From contig OZ360223.1 in the NCBI GenBank assembly GCA_977017645.1, positions 204,662,001 through 204,726,000 of the forward strand: a stretch of 64,000 nucleotides of DNA, read 5' to 3'. Position numbers and translations under genes: made by a program. Shown here one piece after another: positions 10,772 through 22,650 of this stretch. Below the pieces are notes generated by a model. That model did not search any database. It worked only from the letters and a program-made list of their open reading frames with translations, and was not told the origin of the DNA. Source of the DNA: Torpedo marmorata (taxonomy: Eukaryota). Position 1 is the first letter of the stretch, and every line of letters starts with the position of its first letter.

Positions 10772-11298
10772 GACCGCAACAACAGCGACCTCCCAGTAGC
10801 CAACCATTTCAATTCCGGGTCACACTCCCACACTCACATGTCTGTCCATGGCCTTATGTACTATCCCACCCAGACTACCCGCAAATTGGAGGAGCAACAT
10901 CTCATTTTCCGTCTCGGCACTCTCCAGCCAGATGGCATTAACATTGACTTTTCTGCTTTCCACTAAACCTGCTTGTCGTTCCCTTCCCCTCCCCCCTCAC
11001 CTGTCCTTCCTGTTTTTCTCCAGCTACCTAGCCATCCCTCCTCCCCCTCTTTGCTGCTGTCCCCTCCCTCCTATCTCCACCTATCATCTCCTGCCTTTGC
11101 CACCCCCCTTCCCCCCTCACTCTTTTGTTCGGACGCTTACCGGCATTTTCTCATACTTTGATGAAGGGCTCAAGCCCGAAACGTCAGTTATGTATTTCTA
11201 CCTTTGCTACATAAAAGACACTGTTTGACCTGCTGAGTTTCTCCAGCATTTGTGTTTTTTACTTCAACCACGGTGTCTACAGATTTTCGTGTTTTACT
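10772..11298 (+). mobile_element. Penelope-like element 3' end (GIY-YIG C-terminus plus terminal repeat)
   Basis: DLPVANHFNS...RKLEEQHLIFRLGTLQPDGINIDF*, then a pyrimidine-rich tract and the terminal repeat. Confidence 0.9.
11152..11192 (+). ncRNA. Minimal type I hammerhead ribozyme-like motif (U3 variant)
   Basis: CATACT-TTGATGA-A-GGGC-TCAA-GCCC-GAAA-C-GTC-AGTTATG gives stem I, core, stem II and a palindromic ACGT stem III; predicted cleavage after 11185. Confidence 0.6.
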
Positions 11299-13149
11299 AA
11301 CCTCATTGTTTCCCTGGTAACATCTGGTACAGGGTATGAACATATTTGACTCAAAGCCAGATTTGACTCAGGGAGGCATAGATGTGACTATGAAATGTCC
11401 CCAATTCACTCTTTTTTTTTTATTTAGAGAGAATTGAATACCCCAAGATACTTTGGTTTTGAATGAGTGACACAAAATCATGGTCGATGTTTCGAGCTGA
11501 AACTCTTCCACTGATGCTGCTTGAACCGTTGAGTTCCTCCAGCAGATAGTGTTTGGCTTCAGATTCCAGCATCTGTGTGAGGCCACAAAATCATGCGCAG
11601 TTCTACTACTGGTGGTACTTTTTAACTTGCAGCACGAATCCCATCCATTTCTCCAAAAGGAGAAGAGTAGACAAACCACAGCGTAAGTCGCCCTGAGCTA
11701 TCCCACTGTTTCATACAGTCTTTAGTTGGAGGGTGATATCGGCAGAGGCCTGGGAGCACAGTGGTTGATTGGCCTCCTCACTAGAAATGGTGCATGTGGA
11801 CTGGGGAGACGAGGGAGAGGAAATGAGAAAAACATATCACAAAACATGGTAAAAAAATCTTCAACAAAGATAAGGACAGCCTTTGTCTTACTTTTTTTTT
11901 TAAATAGAGAAAACATTACAATCCACTCCTGCTACAAATGAGCTGGCCTGCTGTAAGCATCCCAAAATAGGCTCTAATTAAGGCTGCTTCATTTTATTTC
12001 TTTGGTGGGGTTATTGGCGATGGGGGGCTGGGGATGAGGATGTGGTGACTTAATTCTCTTCCCCGCAGCGACTGGTTAAGGTGAATATGTGAATAACTAA
12101 CCCGGCTAGGCACCTTCATTTTGTGGGTCACTGCTTGGGTAATGGTCTATTAATTTGCTCTATTTTCCCATGTGAGACAAACTCAATTTCTTGGGTGGAT
12201 TGTGAGCTAACTGTTGACACTGTGATTGATTGGCTGAACAGATGTTGCAGCCCACACCCCCCCACCCACCTCGAAAAAAAACTTACAGGCAGTATTTACT
12301 ATATGCTATAGTATCTGCCTCACACCATGAAAAATGACAAAACTATTGAACATTAAATTGGGTTTACAAACCCAATTTAAAATTATTATGGTAAGCTGTG
12401 TTACAGATGGGGCTGCTTGATACTCATCTTAAATAAAATAGAAATTTCTTATCACTATTATTTCAAATCGCTATAAAATGAGGAAATGCAGTGATAAATT
12501 CAATTTTTACTGATGGGTTCTGCTGTTTGCAGTTGAATGTTGCATGGCAATGTAAACACTGGATGCCTGTCAAACAAATGTTTTCCCAAATTTTGGCCAA
12601 GAGTTCAGTCTGAATTTGTCAAGGGCAAATGACGTCACTGTGTCCAAGTCTGGTGGTGCATCCGCACACAACCAGGAAACTTTTCCTTTCAGTTTGTTCT
12701 CGTCATTTTATAATCCTTTGTATTTTCAGATGTTAGTTCTATATTGTTTTGTTGTTTACTGAGGCAACCTGCTGCCAGGCATCTTCAAATGTCCTACTTG
12801 CTTCGGTGGCACCACACAAATCATCTACCTTTAATTATCCTCCTGCCACTCCATATGAGAGGAGATAATAGGGTCCAGAAAAAAGGCAGAAAGAGAAAAT
12901 GTGTGAATAATTATACGGTTAGAAATATTTCACTCTCCTGATAACGATTCCTTATCTTCTTTCCAAATGTTCTGAACTTTAAATATTTCAGTTACTGGAA
13001 ACAATAGTGGAAACTGTAACTTCTCTCAGCTTTCCTATTCTTGTATAATCCCTTATAAGAAAGACCCATAAAACTCAAAAGTATATGTATTTTTTAAAAT
13101 AATTCAGGACATCCTAAAAAAACTATATAGCTACGGTAATCCCTTACAT

Positions 13150-13865
13150 AAGATTTTTCAAGGTAAAGTTAAATAGATATTTGATAAGCAAGAGAGTGAA
13201 AGGTGACTGTGTGTGGAATCTGGAATGCAGAGTTAACGTTGTAATCAGTTCAACCAAGATCTTATTCAATGTCAGAACAGGATTGAGGGGCCGAATGGCC
13301 TACTCTTGCTCACAATTCATGTGATTATTTATAAAAATAAGTGGCAGCCACTTAGCACACAGCATGGTCCACACACTGCAAATAAATAATAACCAGATTT
13401 TTTTTGGAGATGTTGATTGAGAGATCAATATTGGCCCAGATACGAGTGAGAACACTCTTGCTCTTGTTCATACAGGGTTTCAATTTTAAATTTTATCTTA
13501 AATATGGCATCCTTAAGACTGAGGCGATAAAATAATTTCTTCACACAAGGAGTAATGAATCTTTGGAATTATTTACCAATCTTTTGAGTTCTTTCAAAAC
13601 AGAGATCAATAGATTTCTGGATAACAAGAGTATCAAAGGATATATGGATAAAGCAGGAATATGGCACTGAGGAAGAAGATTAGCCATGAATTGATGAATG
13701 GTGGAGAAGGCTTAAAGGGCTAAATGGCCTATTCCTGCTACTATTTCTTATGACTTTATCCAGCAGCACCCCCTCTGGATTATTTGTTCAAACTCTGGAA
13801 TGAGCCTTAAATCCACAAGGTTTTTTGACTCAGAGTCAAGAGTGCTAACATTGAGCCAAGATTCA
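13150..13865. mobile_element. Cluster of old CR1 3' ends (+) and a Deu-domain SINE (-)
   Basis: CR1 tails end ggccgaatggcctactcttgctc (about 13310) and ggctaaatggcctattcctgc (about 13738); the Deu-like gcagccacttagcacacagca...aatattggcc lies at 13343-13440. Confidence 0.6.
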
Positions 13866-15747
13866 CGACAATAGAACTAAAATTAAGCAATGCAAATGAC
13901 TCTTCTGTTACTGAGCAAGACTTTTTTTAAACAAAATGGGTAAATCCAACAATTTTTGCAAGATATATTGAAAGAAAAATATTCGCTCCCTTTAGTTCTC
14001 AAGCAGTCAAGGTGAGGGTACTCTCCAGATATAGCAGATAACATCCTTTATCATATTGCTTATTGCCTTGTACCTCAGCCAAGTACTACCCAAATGCTTT
14101 GCACCCAAGCAGACAGCTTTTTAAAATCCAAGCGTAAGAATATGCCACTTTACACGTATCAGTTTAGGAATGTTTTATGGAAATATAATTAAAGCTTGAG
14201 AGTGGTCTCTCCTCGAGAAAGGAGAGGTTAAATAATCTCATTTTGACATGGTTTTTAAGTTATTTTTAAAAGACAATGTCCAAATCTCTCTGCTAAGGAA
14301 AAGTTCAAGGGCTTCCATTAATTCAAAATGAAAATGACAAATTCATCTTCTGATGACAATTAAATGAAGTATATTGTAATTGATACTAATTGAGCCACTG
14401 AGAGCTATTTCTTACATTATAGTCTGCACTAAAAACTGCTAGCACAGCATATTTTTTGACGTTTTTGGGCAGCAGTGAGATTTGTTCAGTCAAGCTGCTC
14501 GAGGTTTATGGGACGCAGCAGTTCTTAAAAGAAATGCGACACGTGTATGATTAGTTAAAAATTTATATTAATGCCAGTCTCCAACATGAGCTTGCCTGCT
14601 GAGTTTTTCAGATCTCTACGGGTATTCGTTTCCACATCAAAAGGGGACCCCCCTTTAAATCAGCTCTTTTATAAATTTCATTTGGAATACAGGTAACTGA
14701 CAATTACATTTGTAACCAAAAATTTACTGCCTTCATCTGGATGTGGTTTTCTCCACATCATTTTCCAGTCAAACATCAACCGTTTGGTGCTAAAATACAG
14801 CCGTCTTTCTAACTATGACAATGTTAACACATTTAGTTCATTTAAGTAGATTTTTTTCTAATGAGGTGCTTTGTTCTTTTGCCATGCTTTACTGTTTGAG
14901 GGGTAGACATACACAGCGCACTGCACAATAATGAAGTTAATGGCATGAGACATTTGTGCCACTTTGGGGAAGAATAAAAGAAACAGGCATTAACTTTCTT
15001 TTTCGTTTGAAATCCTGAGGTTTTTTGAGTCATTTTGGCCTGCCTCCAATTACTTTCTTTTATCACCTAGTTTTTATGTTGTGGCAAGAAAGCTGTCTGC
15101 TGCTAGGGACATGAAGTGGTTGTTGCATATTCACACACTGTTATAGTGGAATAAATGGTGATTTTTTTGCAAAAAATGAAAGGCATAAAATGTTGACTTA
15201 CCAATTCATAAATATGGATTTCTATGAAGCATGTTAACAAGGCTGTTTTATCGTTTTGATTTCTCATAATGATCAAACATCTGTGAAAAATTACAATAGC
15301 TTTTAACGGCATTTTATATTTCTTTGAAAACAAAAATATTGGTTGCTACCAACAGCAAGAGAGGAAACATCTGAAAGATTACTGAGCCCAGTGTTGATGT
15401 AAATGAGCATGACCAAAATGTTGTTGAGGTAAATTGATAAACAACAGTAAGTACCATTTTAAAGCTGTGTGTGCATCAATGTATACTTTCTGTGTGTATG
15501 ACAAAATTACCTGAACATGAACTCCGTGCAAGAGGAAGCATTCTGTTTTCATGGATGCCATTGTGACATCTTCCAGATCTAAACTTACAGCCAAAGAACA
15601 ATACCAAGACAGCATTGGTAACACCTCTCTAATTTTATGCCCAAGCTCACTGCATTTCTTATGCATTGACTGGTGACCACACAGCGTATCGGTGATTTGC
15701 TGTTTGCCAACGTGTATTTTGGGGTATATTCTTGTGACTTCATTACA

Positions 15748-15990
15748 CGCTTAGCGTAGCGGTTAGCGCAACACTATTACAGCACCAGTGACCCGAGTTC
15801 GAATCCGGCACTCTCTGTAAGGAGTTTATATGTTCTCCCCATGTTTGCGTGGGTTTCCCAGGATACGCTGGTTTCCTCCCACCATCCAACACGTATGCAG
15901 TTGGAGGTCAATTTGGGTGTAATTGGGCGGCACAGGTTTAAATGGCCGGAATCACCTTCTACCGTGCTGTGAATAAAATTTAAATTTACA
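15748..15990 (+). mobile_element. V-SINE (HE1-like)
   Basis: gcgtagcggttagcgc...gagttcgaatcc head, V-domain and AT-rich tail. Confidence 0.85.
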
Positions 15991-16299
15991 AGGCATTGGC
16001 AGAACCAAAGTGGTTCTCACACACCCAAGAGCTATTGTACCAGTGGAAGGAGATCTATTTTCAAGAGACTGCAATGTTTGGTGAATCACCAGTGTACTGT
16101 GAGCATCATATCTGCTATGAGGGGCATTATTCCATTTGCATCATCTTTTTGGGGGTGGAGACATCTGATGAAGGAAGCTTGGGCCCAGGGTAGTTGAAAT
16201 TCAATTTGCAATGCTTCTTGATTACAAATAGATTTCAGGAATTCATGTGGAATACATAGGCAAACTCCATTATCAGTTGGGTGTTTCAATTAAATAGTT

Positions 16300-17400
16300 G
16301 GAGAAGGATGCATTTTAGTAAGTCATTGAACAAAGTGCCTCATGGCAAGCTGATTCAAAAGATTAAGACAAAAATGATCCAAGGTGACTTGGTAGATTGA
16401 ATTCATAGAAGACAGAGTGAAATGGTGGAAAGGTATATATCTGAATGGAGGTCGGTGACCAGGAATGTTCTGCGGGGATTAGTGCTGAGAACTCTGTTGT
16501 TTGTGGTTTATATTATAAAATATTTGGGTGAAAATATAGATGGGCTGATATCTGAATTTGCAGATGACACAAACATTGGTGGAGTTGTGGATAGTGAAGA
16601 AGGTTGTCAAAGGATACAGCAGGATATGGATCAGTTGGAAATTTGGGTGAGAAATGGCAGATGGAGTTTAATCTGGAGAAACGTGAGGTGTTACACTTCA
16701 CAAGGTAAAATATAAGGGGAATATGTATAGTAAATGGTAGGGCCCTTGGAAGCATTGATATATAGAAAGATCTTGGGGTGCAAGTCCATAGCTACCTGAA
16801 AGTAGCAACACCGGTAGATAGGGTAATAAAGAAGGTTTCTGACGTGCTTGCCCTCATCAGTTGTGGTATTGAGTATAAAAATCAAAAGGTCATGTAGCAG
16901 CTGTGTAAGAATTTTGGTTAGGCCATGTTTGGGGTATTGTGCACAGTTCTGGTTGTTTCTTTACAGGAAGGATATAAACACTGTGGTGAGGGTGCAGAAG
17001 ATGTTCACCGGGATGTTGTCCGAATTAACGTATTAGCTATGAAAACAAGTTGGATGAACTTGGATTGTTTTATCTGGAGTGTCAGAGGCTGAAGGATGAC
17101 CTAACAGAAGTATATAAAATTATGAGAAGCAGAGATAAGAAAGGTTATCAAAATCTTTTTCCTTGGGTAGAATTTTCAAATAGCAAAGGTGAGAGGGGAA
17201 AGTATTTTAAAGAAATGTGTGAGGCATGTTTTTTTTAAACGAAAAGTACTAGGTGCCTGGCAGGGGTAGCAGGCACAATAGCGATGTTTAAAAGATATTT
17301 AGATGAGCACACAAACCTGCAGTGAATAGAAGAATCATGTGCAGGCGGTGGGGTTAGTTAAATTTGGCCTCATGGTTGGCACAGACATTATGGGCCAAAG
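16300..17400 (+). mobile_element. Degraded CR1 RT fragment
   Basis: ISEFADDTNIGGVVDSEEGCQRIQQD, LVRPCLGYCAQFW and LTEVYKIMR remnants with frameshifts. Confidence 0.9.
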
Positions 17401-18462
17401 TCAGAGTGCAGAGCCTGCGATGAGCAGAATTTTTGCAAGAAGAAACTCCAAGGATGAAGAATTCCTCTGCCTATATTCTAATTCCTGAACCAGAATGGAC
17501 TTCTTTACTCCAAGACATTGTTAATGAATTATTCCTACCCTCGCTGAGTCATAGAATCTAGAATATAGGATTTGTCATAGGCGCTGCAATTTTCTTTCCT
17601 AAATTCCAGATTCCTGTCCAACCATTAATGTGTTCATGCTTACCAAATGTAGGAACCTAACCTGATCTCCATACAAATAGGTTTGTATGGCTTTAACTTG
17701 TTAAGGCATCAGTGGAGCTCTGACATTATAGTTTTGCCAACTTTTGCCTTATCATTCTTGGCTTAGACAAATCGAAAGTACTCTGAGTGAAAGGGAGTGA
17801 CAAAACAAGGAGAAATCATATTAAATTAACACTGAGTGAAAGGAAGTGCATAAGACCTACTGTACAGGTAGAAATCATATAATGGAGGCACAGTTTTCAT
17901 GCACTTGTGTTTCTGCATATGCCAGACATCTCATTTTCCCCCAAATGGGGATCTTGTTTAGGAGACAACTATTCACTCTGTGAAAGTACAGCATTGGTTG
18001 ATGAATTGGCAATTTTGTCTTGAGTAGCTTGCATTATTGTTGGGAAGGAGATAAATGGCAGATTCACCTAGTCACAGAAGATCCTTCCTTTCACTTCTGG
18101 CTTCCCATAAAGTCAGAATCAGGGGGCACTACATAGGGAGATCTCCAAAGAATAGCAGTCAATTCTTCACGCATCACGTCTGCTTCTTCTATGATGTGTT
18201 TCACTCTGTATTCCTTCCTGTAAATCTCTGCAACTATTTGACCTATTCACACCTTTCTCATGCATGTGAGTGAAAGTATGTCACATTGAAACAATGCTGT
18301 CAGGATTTTAAGGAGATTTACAGGAAGACATACATATGATAATGTGTATACTATATATTAGCTTGTAAACCTTTGATACCATTTTTGCAACACAAAATGT
18401 GTGTTATTTCTAACTTCTGAGAATCATACTCATTAGCAAAATAAAAGGAACGAATAACAAAG

Positions 18463-18718
18463 GGGCGACACGGTTAGCGTAGCTGTTAGCGCAACACTAT
18501 TACAGCGCCTGTGACCCGGGTTTAAATCTAGCGCTGTCTATAAGGAGTTTGTATGTTCTCTCCATGTCTGCATGGGTTTCCGCCAGGCAATCCGGTTTCC
18601 TCCCACCTTTAAAAACGTACGGAGGTTGTAGGTTAATTGGGGTATTTGGGCAGCACGGGCTCGTGGGCCGGAAGGGCCCGTTGCCATGCTGGATGTCTAA
18701 ATTTACATTTAAATTTAA
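18463..18718 (+). mobile_element. V-SINE (HE1-like)
   Basis: Same head, V-domain and tail as 3622-3885. Confidence 0.85.
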
Positions 18719-18774
18719 CTTGCATTATTTACTATTGCTCATCTCCCTTCAGAATATTCCACAAGTGCCTTATT

Positions 18775-20097
18775 ATCAATGATGTAGTCTTAGTCACTGT
18801 TGAAAAATGGTAATACAGTAGCCAAACTGTGAACAGCAAGCTGCCATTCCAGTAATATGATAAAGGGCAGATAAATAATGTTTTAGTTTTTTAGAATGAC
18901 GGACAGATAATGGTCAGGAATTTTTAAAAAAAATCCGTTCCTACACCTAGAAGTAGTACCATTTTAGCTTTTACCTACATTTGAAAAAGTAGATAAAGCC
19001 TTGGTTTAAAATTTCATCTTAAAGTTAACACTTCTGACAGCGCAGCACAATATCAATAGGCCTTTTCACACCGCCGAAGTTTGGCGACCCTCCTAGGACC
19101 CGGGTAAAGTTCCCAGGAAGGCTACACCTCCGGGGCCTTTCACACCGCAGCCTTACTTACCTGGTAAATCGGCAACCGGGCATTTTAAGGGAGGTCCCGC
19201 CTCCAGCAATGACATCGCAAGTGACGCGTTACACTCACAGGAAGTGTTTCTTACTAACCTTGCAAATATTTCTTCTATTTAAAAAAATCCTTTTGCTCAG
19301 CGCTGGACCGGCCAATGGGAAGCACGGAGGGGAGGGGCCACGGTCATTTGGAGGGCCCATGCAGTGCGTGCGGCTGAAGGTGGCCGGGACCGGGAGAACT
19401 GCAGCAGTGGCATCAATGCGGGATCAATGGCCGTCTTCATTACCCATAATCCCCCACGAAGCTGGAACCGCTCTGCCATTGCCAGCGCCAGGGAAACGCA
19501 GAGCGGTTCCAGCTGCGTGGGGGATTATGGGTAACGAAGATGGCCATTGATCCCGTATTGAGCCGCCGCCGCCGCCATCCTGAGCGGGCCCGTTGTTTTT
19601 TGATTTAAGTGAATAGGTGAAAGCTACAAGTTTTGCAATTTTAAAATACTTTTAATATTGTGGCTTAGTTCCCTTTGGCATCGTTAAAGTAACATTTATA
19701 TTGTTGTATCTTTTATTTCTATTGTTATTTGACGGCTTGTCAGTCAGTCAGGGGTTTTATGTGATGCACGCACGCAGGCACTGACGTCACTAATCTTACC
19801 AGGTAAGCCATTTGTGCTTTCACACTGCCAGAAGGTGATTGGCGGGTTAACTTGGCCGGGCTCCGAGAGTATCCCCCGACCAGGTCTTGGAGCCCGGTCG
19901 ATTTTGACCTGCCTTGCCCGGTTGGGACGTTTCACACCGCATGATTACCGGGTAAATTGCCCGGTTAACCCACATGTACTCGGCGGTGTGAAAGGGCTGA
20001 TTGTCACCAGAGAACCACTGGAGTGTCCGCCCTAGATCTTAGTGCTCTGGGTTCTCAAACACTAACCTTGAGTGATACCAATTGAGTCAGAGCTGAA
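18775..20097 (-). mobile_element. Deu-domain SINE remnant split by a MITE insertion
   Basis: gtagccaaactgtgaacagcaagct...catcttaaagttaacacttctgacagcgcagcac before 19058; the remainder resumes after 19998. Confidence 0.5.
19059..19998. mobile_element. About 940-bp non-autonomous DNA transposon (PIF/Harbinger-like TIRs)
   Basis: TIRs GGCCTTTTCACACCGCCGA and TCGGCGGTGTGAAAGGGCT; internal TTTCACAC repeats; GC- and CpG-rich; no clean TSD. Confidence 0.75.
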
Positions 20098-21149
20098 GTA
20101 ATTTTATATCTCTAAATATCAAATTGGAAACTGAAATTGGGCATTATTTCATTTAAGAAAAACATATTTTCTTATTTAAATATATTTTAAGAATTTTTTG
20201 AATACTTGAAGTGATCTTTATGGCCTACAACCTTAGACTTGAATTTTCCTGAGTGTGATCTCTCAGCCGCACTCGCCACTTGCATTTCCTGTAAGTCTGA
20301 AATTACTTGTGTCTGCTGTGTAAGGTTGATCTTTTTGGCTCAGATCAATCTTACAGATGAGGAGCAAGGCCTTCAGCAATGGCTAAGATTCTAACTATGT
20401 AATCAGGTAGGCCAGATCAAAACGGTTCTGGAAAACTTTGAGGGATGTCAAACCTCTGATCTCAGCTTTTAAAGCAGTTAAGGACTTTCAATCTTTCTGA
20501 AAGTCCCTCAAATTAAGAAACATGCAAACACTGTCAGAAATTAAAAATTCAGATACTTTTAAAGTTATTATTAAAAAAAATTAAAATCAACTTATAACAC
20601 TTAGAGATAATTAAAAATAAATAAGAATAAAATAACAGGTAAAAAATACGTAAGTTTAAAATTGTAAAAGTAAATGTAACACATAAACCTTTGGTGAAGA
20701 TGGGAGCAAATATTGAACCAGCGGAGTGCCTTGGTCGTGCTTTGCTCATAGCAGCTGTTGAATAAAGTTGTGTGAAACAGCAATGGTGTCGCCCAGGATG
20801 AAGAGCTGCTTGATGCTGCTCGCTATTGGAGTGACTCTCTAAGAGTGTCTCCTTATTCCTGCTTAGTAAGAGTCGCCCCGGTCAGAGGCTTTATCTGTAA
20901 ATTTGGGAGGAGGGGGTTTAATTATCTATAATATTATTGTTCGTCTTTCGGGCGGCTCCGTGGAGGGGGAGGAACCTGCAGATGCAGCGACGGTTAAATG
21001 TTTTCAAAGAATGTGACTGAAAATCAAGTAAAATGCTTTACGGTTTATATATTCATGCAAGTGAAGTTTGTTCAACGTAAGTACAGTAGAGTATTTTTTT
21101 CTTTTAAACTGTTTATTCTTAATGCAGGTGTATTAGTTTGGCATTGTAA

Positions 21150-21232
21150 GAGTAAGTCTCAAGCAACCGGAAAATACACTTACCTGGCATCTACCAATCC
21201 CCATACGTGCCAGATACCAGGGGTTTTACTGT
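21150..21232. mobile_element. Tc1/mariner (Tigger-like) MITE end
   Basis: Ends GGGGTTTTACTG followed by TA (reverse complement TA-CAGTAAAACCCC). Confidence 0.45.
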
Positions 21233-21654
21233 AACTGATGAAAACAAATGTAATTTAGCTTATTCTCACTTTTCCTCCCTGAAACCTTTCAATTGAAATC
21301 AAAATGATTAGGTTTGAGGATCCCAGAGAAGATTCTTCAGCATAAATTCTGGGTGTCCTTAGCGAGCTTCTGCAGTGCTACTGAACGCCACCCAAAATCC
21401 AGCGGCAGAGGGTAGCTGAGAAATCAGTGGCCAACTTCAGGATTTCCACGATCGTGCGTGAGTCATGACCTTATTGGTACATACGTGGTTAAATGGCAGC
21501 AGTGAAATCTGAACCACTTACCGTACTTTTCAATAACGAATATTTTATTAAAAATAAATGAATATGGAATGATGTGACAGTAGTAGGGGGCAATTTCCTC
21601 TAGAAAGGGAATATAGTTGCTTTACAGGGTATTTCTTAGGAGTGATGCAGGTAG

Positions 21655-22650
21655 GACTGAAAGTAGTGAAACACGGAAGTCTGCAGATGCTGTAATTGTA
21701 GTAAAGACATACAGCAAATGCTGGAGGAACTTAGCCGGTCTCGCAGCATCCATGGGAGGTAAAGATATATCACCGACGTTTCGGACCTGAGCACTTCTTC
21801 AAAGTTTAAGCAAAAAGTAGGCAGGCATCTCAATAAAGACTGAGAGAGAAAGGTGGAAGAATGGAAGGGGAAGGAGTCCAGACCAATAAACAAAAGGTGT
21901 TAATTGGATATGGTAAAAGGAAAGGTGAGAATTGATTTTGGCTCTGTGAAAGAAGACAGAGGGAAAAGGGGAGAGAGAGAAAGAGAGAGATAACTAGAGG
22001 AAAGGAGAAAGGGGGTGAAGATGGGGGGTGGGGTGGGACAGGTGTTTTAAAGGAAACCGGAGAAGTCGATGTTAAAGCCATCCGGCTGAAGGGTACCAGA
22101 CGGAAGATGAGGTATTGTTCCTCCAATTTGCGGGTGGTCACAGTTTGGCAGTGCATGAGACCATGACAGACATGTCAGCAAGGGAATGGGACGTGAAATT
22201 GAAATGGGTGGCCACTGGGAGTTCAAAGCTATTGCGGTGGACAAAGCCGAGGTGCTCAATGAAATTTATATCCCAATCTGTGCCCAGTCTCTCTGATATA
22301 GAGGAGACCATAATGGGAGCACTGGATGCAGTAGATGACCCCTGCAGATTTACATGAAGTGTTGCTTCACTTGGAAGGACTGTTTGGGGCCCCAAATGGT
22401 GCTGAGGGAGGTGGTGTGGGTGCAGGTGGAGCATCTGCGGTCAGAGGGGTAGGTGCCAAGGGAACGATTGGTGGGGAGAGAGGAGTGGGTGAGGGAGTCA
22501 TGGAGGGGCGGTCCCTGCGGAAGGTGGAGAGGGGAGGAGAGGGGAATATGTCTGGTGGTGGGATCATGTAGGAGGTGGCAGAAATAGCAGAGGAGGTTGT
22601 GTTGGACACAGAGGCTGGTGGGGTGGTAGGTGAGGACAAAGGGACTGAAA
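21655..22650 (-). mobile_element. Penelope-like element 3' part
   Basis: FIEHLGFVHRNSFELPVATHFN and RKLEEQYLIFRL remnants; terminal repeat with a degenerate hammerhead motif at about 21767-21808. Confidence 0.9.

Noticed and set aside
19209-19550. GC-rich 113-aa ORF or CpG island promoter
   Set aside because: It lies wholly within the TIR-bounded MITE, and the ORF crosses the internal palindrome.
21178-21189. ACTTACCTGGCA, similar to the U1 snRNA 5' end
   Set aside because: The match ends after about 12 nt and lies in a MITE remnant; no U1 body follows.
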